This document shows, one piece after another, positions 40,406-49,033 of a stretch of DNA of 64,000 nt (position 1 is the stretch's first letter; each line of letters starts with the position of its first letter). This DNA is from a virus. The position numbers were made by a program, and so were the translations under genes. The notes under the pieces were generated by a model, which was not told the origin of the DNA, did no database searches, and saw only the letters and a program-made list of their open reading frames with translations. The stretch is taken from IMG/VR virus record IMGVR_UViG_3300024255_001088; one strand, given 5' to 3'.

Positions 40406-41230
40406 ATGGCAACAGTTATACAGTTTAAAAGAAGTTCGACTCAGAACGCAGTTCCTAGTACTGGTGATTTATCACTAGGGGAACTGGCTGTCAATACTTA
40501 TCACGGTAGATTTTATACCGAGAAAAATGATGGTTCCGCTGCTGTTGTAGAGATTGGGTCTAACCCAAAAACTCTACAAATTAATGACGCTATAACATTT
40601 CCAACCAGTGATGGTTCAAATGGACAAGTTCTTCAGACCAATGGTTCAGGAATAGTTTCATTTGCAACTTTAGGTGGTTCAGGTGTTTCAATTTACAAAT
40701 ACACCGTTTCGGGTAACCAAACTGTATTTACAGGTAATGATGATGACAGTAATGCATTGTCTTACACTGTAGGTTCAGAACAAGTATTCCTTAATGGTGT
40801 TAAGTTAGTTGATGCTGGTGCAGATTATACTGCAACCAACACCACGACAATCACACTGGAAGAAAATGCAATTGCAGGTGATACAGTAGAAGTAGTAGCA
40901 GTTACCGCTGCTAATTTAGTACAAGGATACTATACAAATAGTGTCTTTAGTGCAACTACTGCTAATCAAGTATTATCAAGCAATGCAGTATCTAATAAAG
41001 GTATTAAATATGTTATTACTGCCACTCATGCGAGTGCAGGAACACATTCAGCCGAAGTATTATTAATCAATGATGGATCCAATGCATATTTCGTTCAATA
41101 TGGCGATATATTCAGTACTGCTTCATTATTTTCGTTGACAGCTGATGTTAATTCAGGAAACATGAGACTCTTATGTACACCTGCTAACACCAACACAACG
41201 GTTAATACTTTCCAAATAAGACAATCATAG
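40406..41230 (+). CDS. Tail fibre-associated protein
   Basis: MATVIQFKRS...GELAVN; FPTSDG; VFLNGVKL; C-terminal domain shared with the next two genes. Confidence 0.75.
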   Translation: MATVIQFKRSSTQNAVPSTGDLSLGELAVNTYHGRFYTEKNDGSAAVVEIGSNPKTLQINDAITFPTSDGSNGQVLQTNGSGIVSFATLGGSGVSIYKYTVSGNQTVFTGNDDDSNALSYTVGSEQVFLNGVKLVDAGADYTATNTTTITLEENAIAGDTVEVVAVTAANLVQGYYTNSVFSATTANQVLSSNAVSNKGIKYVITATHASAGTHSAEVLLINDGSNAYFVQYGDIFSTASLFSLTADVNSGNMRLLCTPANTNTTVNTFQIRQS

Positions 41231-41241
41231 GGGGATAGAAA

Positions 41242-41652
41242 ATGGCTATAACAAGAAGTTTTAAACTCGCTGAATTCATCCGTCACATGTCTTATAACTC
41301 TAGTACAGATAGAATAGAAACAGGTAAAGAGATTCAAGACGAGAATACAACAACAGGTGGTATCACTAAAACTGCTACTACTGAATTCTCACTTGATACC
41401 TTTGCTCATGCTACCTATAGAGCTGCGAGATATATCGTGGCGATGTCAGAGGGAAGTAATTTCCACTCAACAGAGATAATGTTAGTACATGACGGTTCTA
41501 CCGTGACATTAACACAATACGGAACGCTTAAAGATACTAACTTAGCGACATTTGATGCAGACATTAATGGAGACAATGTTAGACTACTATGTACACCGGC
41601 GGGTACAAACTCAACGGTTATTAAGTTTAACAGAACTACAGTCGAAGCTTAA
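41242..41652 (+). CDS. Virion structural protein, paralogue of the 40406/41731 C-terminal domain
   Basis: YRAARY...STEIMLVHDG...TQYG...FDADIN...VRLLCTP. Confidence 0.75.
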   Translation: MAITRSFKLAEFIRHMSYNSSTDRIETGKEIQDENTTTGGITKTATTEFSLDTFAHATYRAARYIVAMSEGSNFHSTEIMLVHDGSTVTLTQYGTLKDTNLATFDADINGDNVRLLCTPAGTNSTVIKFNRTTVEA

Positions 41653-41670
41653 ATTCAGTAATATATTATG

Positions 41671-41701
41671 AAAAGGGGGACTTTAGAGTCCCCTTTTTTT
41701 T
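41671..41701 (+). terminator. Intrinsic terminator, possibly bidirectional
   Basis: AAAAGGGGGACT-TTAG-AGTCCCCTTTTTTTT. Confidence 0.85.
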
Positions 41702-41730
41702 GTCGGTAGATAAATTACATAAATAACACC

Positions 41731-42549
41731 ATGGCATCGAAAGTAAAATTTTTCGCAGATTTAGGTGTACAGTCAAAACTAAACACTCAAGTAGATGGCG
41801 ATTTAACAGTTGCAGGTGACTTAACGGTTACAGGGACAACTTTAACAGTCAATTCTACAACGACATCTGTTGGCGACTCAATGTTTGAGTTCGCAAATCA
41901 AAATACTAGTTCAGACCTAATCGATATTGGTTTCTACGGAAACTACAACGATGGTTTATCAGATGGTGGTGCATCTGAGTACACAGGTCTATTCAGAGAT
42001 GCATCGGATTCTACATGGACATTATTTGATGGTTTAGAGGTAGAACCAGGAACTACAGTTAATACTGGTGGTTCGGGTTACGCACTTGCTGATTTAAAAC
42101 TTGGAGATTTAACTTCTTCAACACTAACAGCAGGTGGATTATTATATCCAACTTCAGATGGTTCTAACAACCAAGTCTTAATGACTAATGGTTCTGGTAC
42201 TTTATCTTTCCAAGATGCTGGTTCAGGACTTACTTCTGGTACAGTGACTACAACATCGACTACTATCACAAATTTAGATACAATGGCGATTGCAAGTTAT
42301 AGAGGTGCAAAGTATACTATAACAGTCTCAGACGCTACTGGTGGTGATTATGAGATAACAGAGGTTCATGTAATACACGATGGTACTAACGCAAGTATAA
42401 CGCAGTTTGGTACAGTCCTACAAGGTACATCTAGTGAGTTAGGAAGTTTCTCAGTAGATATCAACTCAGGCAATCTCAGATTGAGAGTCACTTCTGCCAG
42501 TACAAACTCCACAGTTTATAATTTTAAGCGAATAGACCACGCTGTATAA
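41731..42549 (+). CDS. Tail fibre-associated protein
   Basis: GDLTVTGT repeats, YPTSDG, shared C-terminal domain (YRGAKY...HDG...TQFG). Confidence 0.75.
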   Translation: MASKVKFFADLGVQSKLNTQVDGDLTVAGDLTVTGTTLTVNSTTTSVGDSMFEFANQNTSSDLIDIGFYGNYNDGLSDGGASEYTGLFRDASDSTWTLFDGLEVEPGTTVNTGGSGYALADLKLGDLTSSTLTAGGLLYPTSDGSNNQVLMTNGSGTLSFQDAGSGLTSGTVTTTSTTITNLDTMAIASYRGAKYTITVSDATGGDYEITEVHVIHDGTNASITQFGTVLQGTSSELGSFSVDINSGNLRLRVTSASTNSTVYNFKRIDHAV

Positions 42550-42609
42550 AATAGTTATAACTAATTGAATTTTATTAGGGAAAATGAGGTCTTTAGAACG
42601 ACACCAATC

Positions 42610-42617
42610 TATAAATA
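42610..42617 (+). promoter_or_regulatory. T4-type late promoter
   Basis: TATAAATA. Confidence 0.75.
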
Positions 42618-42658
42618 ATAGTATTAATTACTAATACTTTTACAAAAGGACATAAGAA

Positions 42659-42877
42659 ATGGCAACAACACAAACATTTGTAATCGAGTATGGGTTATCA
42701 GTAGGGTCATCTGAAGTCATAAATTCAAGTGGAAAAATCGTACCAGGTGCGTTATCCAATGTGGATTCAGACGACATAACAGAAGGCTCAACTAATCTGT
42801 ATATGACTACTTCAAGATTCAACTCTGCATTTGATACGAGACTATCTAACGCCACTATTGATGGAGGCACTATCTAA
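42659..42877 (+). CDS. Small fibre-associated protein
   Basis: FVIEYGLSVG, DDITEGSTNLY, ends IDGGTI. Confidence 0.7.
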   Translation: MATTQTFVIEYGLSVGSSEVINSSGKIVPGALSNVDSDDITEGSTNLYMTTSRFNSAFDTRLSNATIDGGTI

Positions 42878-45354
42878 TGACAAGTAAAAATTTCATAATC
42901 AAAAATGGTCTAACAGTAGGAACTACTGAGGTCATAACATCTGCTGGTTTAATTACTGGCGCAGCTGTCAACGAGGCAGTTGACGATAGAGTTGATTCTC
43001 TATTAACTGCTGGAACAGGTATCTCATTAACATATGATGACACTGCTGGCACACTAACAATTAACGGACAACAAGGTGACATCACAGGTGTGAACGCTGG
43101 TGCTGGTTTAACTGGTACTGCAAGTTCAGGTGATGCAACACTAAACATTGGTGCTGGTACAGGTATTACTGTAAATGCAGACGATATTGCAGTCAACTTC
43201 AAAGATGAAGATGACATGTCTTCAAACTCAGCAACTCATGCCGCTACTCAACAATCAATTAAAGCATATGTTGACGCTCAAGTTGCAACAGTTCCGACTG
43301 GAGACATAACAAGTGTAGTCTCAGGAACTGGTCTAACAGGTGGCGGAACAAGTGGCGATGTCACTGTAAATGTTGTTGCAGGTAATGGTCTTATCGCAAA
43401 CGCAGACGATGTGACAATCGATACTTCGATAACAGCAGATTTAACTACTGCACAAACTTTAACTAACAAAACATTAACGACTCCAATTCTAAATGGAACA
43501 ATTTCGGGTACTGCTGTCTTAGACCAAGACAACATGTCTTCTAATAGTAATACTCATCTTGCAACACAACAATCAATCAAGGCATATGTAGACTCTTCAG
43601 TTGCAGGTAAAGATAATACAGACGAGATTACAGAAGGTTCAAGTAACCTATACTTCACAAATGAAAGAGTAGACGATAGAGTAGATGCTCTACTAACTTC
43701 TGGTGTCAATGTCGCTATGACATATGACGATGCAAATGGAAGTTTAGAGATTAGAGTACCTTATGAGAATATACAAGATACAGTTGGCGCTCAGATTGCA
43801 ACCAATGGTTCACATACAGGTCTTACTGCAACATATGATGATGCAGGTGACGGCGCTGTAGACCTTGCAGTATCAACATCACATGTTAGGGGTTTAATAT
43901 CTGCTGGTGGTGACTTATCATACAACAGTTCAACAGGTGTAATTAGTTTCACAAACGATGCTGGTGATATCTCTTCAGTAGTTGCTGGAACTGGTATGAC
44001 TGGTGGGGGAACTTCTGGTGATGTGACAGTCAATGTTATTGGGGGAGACGGTATTACTGCAAACGCAAATGATATCGCATTGTCTTCTTCAGTCGCTGGT
44101 GATGGTCTTTCATTCTCAAGTGGTGTTCTTGCAGTAGGGGTTGACGATAGTTCTATAGAAACAAGTTCAGATACATTACAAGTGAAAGCACTTGGTGTCA
44201 CAAATGCCATGTTGGCAGGTTCAATTGCTGAAGGCAAACTTGCAGGTGGTATTTCAAACGCAAAACTTGCTAACTCATCCATAACAATAGACGGAAGTGC
44301 TGTTTCATTGGGTGGTTCAATAACTACTACAAATACACAACTTACACAAGAACAAGTCGAAGACTTTGTTGGTGGTATGTTAGATGGTACCGAAACAGGT
44401 ATCTCTGTATCATACGATGATACAAATGGTAATCTTGACTTTGTTATTGGCGCTGACGACATTACTAACGATATGTTGGCAGGGTCAATTAATCAATCCA
44501 AACTTGCAGGTTCAATTGCAAACGCAAAACTTGCTAATAGTACGATAACAATTGATGGACAATCAGTTGCATTGGGTGGTTCAGTCACAACAACTAACAC
44601 TCAATTATCAACAGAGAATGTACAAGATATCGCTGGGGCGATGTTCTCAAGTAATACTGAAAGTGGTATTACTGCAACATATCAAGATGCAGATGGTACA
44701 ATCGATTTGAATGTTAATGACCCAACAATATCCTTGACAGGCGATGTGACAGGTTCTGCTACAATGACCAATTTAGGTAATGTTAGTATCTCTACTACAG
44801 TCGCTGCTAACTCAGTCGCACTTGGAACAGATACAACAGGTAACTATGTCGCAGGTGTAAGTGCAGGAACTGGTGTCTCAGTAAGTGGTTCTGGAGAAGG
44901 TGCAACATCAACAGTATCTATTGGACAGGCAGTTGGAACATCAAGTAATGTTCAATTTGGAAACTTAGTTCTCACAGGCGACTTAACAGTTAATGGTTCA
45001 ACAGTAACCAACTCTTCAACAAATACAACTATCGAAGACCAACTTATAGAGTTAGGGACAGGTAATAGTGGTTCTGCTTCAGGCGATGCAGGTTTTGTTA
45101 TCGAAAGAGGAAGTGATGCCAATGTATTTATTGGTTGGGATGAAAGTGCTGATGCAGTCACATTCGGAACAGGAACATTTACAGGTGCATCAACAGGTGA
45201 TTTAACGATTACACCAAGTGCAGTAAACACTGGCGCATTGACAATTACAAATGCAACAAACAGTGGTGGCACAGCGAGAAACATACATCAGTCAACATCA
45301 GCTCCAGGCGGAAGTGATGGCGCAGTTGGCGATTTATGGGTTCTTTACTCTTAA
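42877..45354 (+). CDS. Long tail fibre protein (fibre of cassette 2)
   Basis: Repeated GDITSVxAGTGLTGGGTSGDVT, QQSIKAYVD and KLANS modules; ends STSAPGGSDGAVGDLWVLYS. Confidence 0.8.
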   Translation: MTSKNFIIKNGLTVGTTEVITSAGLITGAAVNEAVDDRVDSLLTAGTGISLTYDDTAGTLTINGQQGDITGVNAGAGLTGTASSGDATLNIGAGTGITVNADDIAVNFKDEDDMSSNSATHAATQQSIKAYVDAQVATVPTGDITSVVSGTGLTGGGTSGDVTVNVVAGNGLIANADDVTIDTSITADLTTAQTLTNKTLTTPILNGTISGTAVLDQDNMSSNSNTHLATQQSIKAYVDSSVAGKDNTDEITEGSSNLYFTNERVDDRVDALLTSGVNVAMTYDDANGSLEIRVPYENIQDTVGAQIATNGSHTGLTATYDDAGDGAVDLAVSTSHVRGLISAGGDLSYNSSTGVISFTNDAGDISSVVAGTGMTGGGTSGDVTVNVIGGDGITANANDIALSSSVAGDGLSFSSGVLAVGVDDSSIETSSDTLQVKALGVTNAMLAGSIAEGKLAGGISNAKLANSSITIDGSAVSLGGSITTTNTQLTQEQVEDFVGGMLDGTETGISVSYDDTNGNLDFVIGADDITNDMLAGSINQSKLAGSIANAKLANSTITIDGQSVALGGSVTTTNTQLSTENVQDIAGAMFSSNTESGITATYQDADGTIDLNVNDPTISLTGDVTGSATMTNLGNVSISTTVAANSVALGTDTTGNYVAGVSAGTGVSVSGSGEGATSTVSIGQAVGTSSNVQFGNLVLTGDLTVNGSTVTNSSTNTTIEDQLIELGTGNSGSASGDAGFVIERGSDANVFIGWDESADAVTFGTGTFTGASTGDLTITPSAVNTGALTITNATNSGGTARNIHQSTSAPGGSDGAVGDLWVLYS

Positions 45355-45386
45355 TAAATAGAATAGTATTTTAAGGACTATATAAT

Positions 45387-47489
45387 ATGGCGACAGGCTC
45401 ACAAAAGGTAAAAACACCAACAGGTTGGAATAGTACCCGAGGTGCATGGGTAAAAACAGACTCAGGCACATGGAAAGCTGCTGACCAGATTTATGTAAAA
45501 ACACCTACAGGTTGGAACAATGCTTCTGGACAACAGAGTGTTCAACAACCTTACCCTTATATCGCAAACGCACAAGAACCCAATATAAGAAACAAACAGA
45601 ATCCTTATCCTTATATTGCAAACGCACAAGAACCTAATATAAGAAACAAACAGAATCCTTATCCTTATATTGCTAATGCACAAGAACCTAATATTAGAGA
45701 TAGAAGACAACCTGCGATTTATCAAAATCCAGTAAATGCACAAGAACCTAATATTAGAAATCAACAAGAACCTAATATTAGGTCACAACAAGAACCTAAT
45801 ATTAGAGATGCTAGACAACCTGGTACATATCAACATAGGTCACCTAGTACATATAGAGACCCTCGTTCATATCAGAATCCTTCTACATATAATCATAGAA
45901 GTCCGTTGACATATCAACATAGAAGTCCGTTGACATATCAACATAGGTCACCATTTATATATCAACATAGGTCACCTTCTACATATAGTAATAGACAACC
46001 TAGTACATATCAACATAGGTCGCCTTATAGAAGTCCGTTTATCTATCAACATAGAAGTCCGTTGACATATGACCACAGGTCTCCTTTAATATATCGTAAT
46101 CCGTTTACTTATAATCACAGGTCTCCTTTAACATATGACCATAGGTCACCTTATCAAAGTCCATTTACTTACGACCATAGAAGTCCGTTGACATATCAAC
46201 ATAGGTCACCTTATAGAAGTCCGTTCACTTATCAACATAGAAGTCCGTTGACTTATCAACATCAGTCACCGAGTATTTACCAGAATCCAAGTACCTATCA
46301 GAACAGACAACCTAGTACTTATCAGCATCAGTCGCCAAGTATTTACCAGAATCCTAGTACTTACGACAATAGACAACCTAGTAGTTATCAGCATCAGTCG
46401 CCAAGTATTTACCAGAATCCGAGTACTTACAACAATAGACAACCTGGTACATATGACCATAGGTCACCTTATAGAAGTCCGTTCACTTATCAACATAGGT
46501 CACCATTTACATATGACCATAGGTCGCCGTTTACATATCGTAATCCGTTTACTTATAACCATAGGTCGCCTACTACATATAATCACAGGTCACCATATAC
46601 ATATGACCATAGGTCGCCTAGTACATACAATCACAGGTCACCTAGTACATATCAGGCAAGACAACCTAACGCTGCTAGAAACCCATTTAGTGCAAGACAA
46701 CCGTTCACTTATCAGGCAAGAGAACCTAATACATATAATCATAGGTCGCCTAGTACATACCAAGCAAGACAACCGAATAGTGCTAGACAACCATTTAGTG
46801 CGAGACAACCGTTCACTTATCAGGCAAGACAACCAAACTCTGCTAGAAACCCATTTAGTGGAAGAAATCCTTTCACTTATCAGGCAAGGTCGCCTTCGAT
46901 TGCAAACAATAGGTCTCCTGCAACTTATTCATTCAGAATGCCGTTTACCTTTGGTGGTGGAGGAGGAGGCGGAGGTTGCTTCGCTCCAGGTTCAATGATA
47001 TGGTTAGGCGATGGTTCACATGCACCTATCGAGTCATGTGTTGTTGGTCAATGGGTCATGTCTTGGAACGAAAGTACTAAATTACTTGAACCTAAGAGAA
47101 TACAACAAATTAATCCTCAGCCAATCAGTTCTATATGGGATATAACATTCTCAGATGGTAGAATTCTACAGATGACTGATACTCACCCATTGATGTTACC
47201 AAATGGTGAATGGGGTGCATTTGATATTGAGAAATCAGTAAAAGAACATTGGTGGATGGAAGATATAGAAACACATGAACTTAAAGTTGGAGATAGTATA
47301 TTCAGTATGTTAGATGGCATAATGTTTGATAGACAAGATGAAATGGGACTAGAGATAGTATCAATAGAAGAACACTCAGAAATGGAAGTTTATAACTTAA
47401 CTGGTATTGAAGATAACTCGAACTTCTTTGTTAATGGCATGTTAGCACATAACTTTAACAATCTACCTATTCCTGTAGGACAAAAATAA
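45387..47489 (+). CDS. Repeat filament protein C with C-terminal Hint domain
   Basis: N-terminal VKTPTGW repeats, 464-aa array (aa 55-518), Gly8 linker, Hint domain. Confidence 0.88.
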   Translation: MATGSQKVKTPTGWNSTRGAWVKTDSGTWKAADQIYVKTPTGWNNASGQQSVQQPYPYIANAQEPNIRNKQNPYPYIANAQEPNIRNKQNPYPYIANAQEPNIRDRRQPAIYQNPVNAQEPNIRNQQEPNIRSQQEPNIRDARQPGTYQHRSPSTYRDPRSYQNPSTYNHRSPLTYQHRSPLTYQHRSPFIYQHRSPSTYSNRQPSTYQHRSPYRSPFIYQHRSPLTYDHRSPLIYRNPFTYNHRSPLTYDHRSPYQSPFTYDHRSPLTYQHRSPYRSPFTYQHRSPLTYQHQSPSIYQNPSTYQNRQPSTYQHQSPSIYQNPSTYDNRQPSSYQHQSPSIYQNPSTYNNRQPGTYDHRSPYRSPFTYQHRSPFTYDHRSPFTYRNPFTYNHRSPTTYNHRSPYTYDHRSPSTYNHRSPSTYQARQPNAARNPFSARQPFTYQAREPNTYNHRSPSTYQARQPNSARQPFSARQPFTYQARQPNSARNPFSGRNPFTYQARSPSIANNRSPATYSFRMPFTFGGGGGGGGCFAPGSMIWLGDGSHAPIESCVVGQWVMSWNESTKLLEPKRIQQINPQPISSIWDITFSDGRILQMTDTHPLMLPNGEWGAFDIEKSVKEHWWMEDIETHELKVGDSIFSMLDGIMFDRQDEMGLEIVSIEEHSEMEVYNLTGIEDNSNFFVNGMLAHNFNNLPIPVGQK
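45549..46940 (+). repeat. Coding repeat array C
   Basis: 66 Pro-initiated units of 2, 4, 6 or 8 aa. Confidence 0.9.
46977..47453 (+). other. Hint (intein-like / BIL) auto-processing domain
   Basis: Block A CFAPGSMI, block B TDTHP, block F VYNL, block G FFVNGMLAHN; +1 residue is Phe. Confidence 0.9.
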
Positions 47490-47529
47490 TGAAGATGATA
47501 ATTAAATTAAGAGTAGGGAGTAAAATCTA

Positions 47530-48996
47530 ATGCCACAGCAACCTCTAATTGGACTTGCTCAATCGCCAAGTACTTCTAATGTGCAAACTCCGTATATTGC
47601 TAATGGCCAGCAACCTTATACTGGTCAACAACCATATACATATCAGTCGCCATATATTGCATCTGGTCAGACTCCTTATACTGGTCAGACTCCTTATACT
47701 TACCAGAGTCCTTATATTGCGAATAATCAACAACCCAATATTAGAAGTTATCAAAGTCCGTATATTGCGAATGGTCAGACTCCTTATACTGGTCAACAAC
47801 CTTATACTTTCCAGAGTCCATACATTGCGAATAATCAAGAACCTAATATAAGGAACAATCAGGAACCCAATATTAGAAGCATACAAGAACCTAATATTAG
47901 AAACCAACAAGAACCTAATATTAGAGATGCTCAGTCACCTAGTAATGCTCAGCAACCTACAATTAAGAACAAACAAGAACCTAATATTCGTTCAGCGCAA
48001 CAGTCAGCACAAGAACCAAATATCAGAAACTTTCAGACTCCTTACATTGCTAATGCACAAGGGGCTAGTGCAGCTCAAGAACCTAATATCAGAAATGCAC
48101 AAACACCTTATATTGCAAACAGACAAAACACTGCAAATGCACAAGAACCTAATATTAGAAACAGACAAACACCTTATATTGCAAACAGACAAACCACTTC
48201 AAATGCACAAGAACCAAACATAAGGTCACAACAAGAACCTAATATTCGTTCAGCGCAAGCGTCAGCACAAGAACCAAACATAAGGTCACAACAAGAACCT
48301 AATATTAGAAACAAACAGCAGAGTGCTCAACAACCTACTATTAAGAACCAACAGGAACCTAATATTAGAGATGCTCAGTCACCTAGTAATGCTCAGCAAC
48401 CTAATATTAGAAGTCAACAAGAACCTAATATTCGTTCAGGTCAAACGGTAACGCAAGAACCTAATATTAGAGACAGACAAACACCTTATATTGCTAATGC
48501 ACAAAATCCGTTTATTAGAAATGCTCAAGAACCAAACATAAGGTCACAACAAGAACCTAATATTAGAGCTCAACAAGAACCTAATATTAGAAACAGACAA
48601 ACAACAGCGAGCTATCAGAATCCTGTAAATGCTCAGAATCCGTTTATAAGAAATAATCAGACTCCATTTACATATGACCATAGAAGTCCGTTGACATATG
48701 ACCACAGGTCTCCTTTAACATATGACCATAGAAGTCCGTTTACTTACAGAAATCCTGCAAATAGTCAGACACCTCTTACATATCAACATCAGAGTCCTTC
48801 TACATATGCTAGACAAGGTCAAACACCAACGACTTATCAACATAGAAGTCCTTCTACATATGCTAGACAAGGTCAGACACCAACGACTTATCAACATAGG
48901 TCACCTAGTACATATGCTAGACAAGGTCAAACACCTGTTATCCGTTGGGATGGTTCATTGTCACAAACATGGCCAGGAACACCTGTTAATTCTTAA
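47530..48996 (+). CDS. Repeat filament protein D, mirror partner of C
   Basis: 464-aa array (aa 5-468), C-terminal RWDGSLSQTWP. Confidence 0.88.
   Translation: MPQQPLIGLAQSPSTSNVQTPYIANGQQPYTGQQPYTYQSPYIASGQTPYTGQTPYTYQSPYIANNQQPNIRSYQSPYIANGQTPYTGQQPYTFQSPYIANNQEPNIRNNQEPNIRSIQEPNIRNQQEPNIRDAQSPSNAQQPTIKNKQEPNIRSAQQSAQEPNIRNFQTPYIANAQGASAAQEPNIRNAQTPYIANRQNTANAQEPNIRNRQTPYIANRQTTSNAQEPNIRSQQEPNIRSAQASAQEPNIRSQQEPNIRNKQQSAQQPTIKNQQEPNIRDAQSPSNAQQPNIRSQQEPNIRSGQTVTQEPNIRDRQTPYIANAQNPFIRNAQEPNIRSQQEPNIRAQQEPNIRNRQTTASYQNPVNAQNPFIRNNQTPFTYDHRSPLTYDHRSPLTYDHRSPFTYRNPANSQTPLTYQHQSPSTYARQGQTPTTYQHRSPSTYARQGQTPTTYQHRSPSTYARQGQTPVIRWDGSLSQTWPGTPVNS
47542..48933 (+). repeat. Coding repeat array D
   Basis: 55 Pro-initiated units of 6-14 aa. 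Confidence 0.9.
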
Positions 48997-49033
48997 TCAC
49001 TAAATATTAGTGTAGAAATTAAGGAACTATATT

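Noticed and set aside
46977-47453. Mobile intein with homing endonuclease
   Set aside because: Only about 159 aa, no LAGLIDADG or HNH motifs, +1 residue is Phe, and it is not inserted in a conserved enzyme.
36926-48600. Recurrent palindrome CTAATATTAG as a protein-binding site array
   Set aside because: It is explained by the preferred AT-rich codons for P-N-I-R; synonymous variants (ccaaacataagg, cctaatattcgt) break it freely.
36833-48897. Partner genes as DNA inverted repeats; antisense ORFs (36833-37588, 45462-45767, 47545-47910) as real genes
   Set aside because: The reverse complement of the PNIR codons reads SNIR, not TYxHRS, so the mirror symmetry is at protein level only. The antisense and alternate-frame ORFs are shadows of low-complexity repeats.
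35366-48933. Repeat arrays as CRISPR arrays or DGR template/variable repeats
   Set aside because: Repeats are in-frame coding units with synonymous variation and no unique spacers; no cas or reverse transcriptase gene is in the window.
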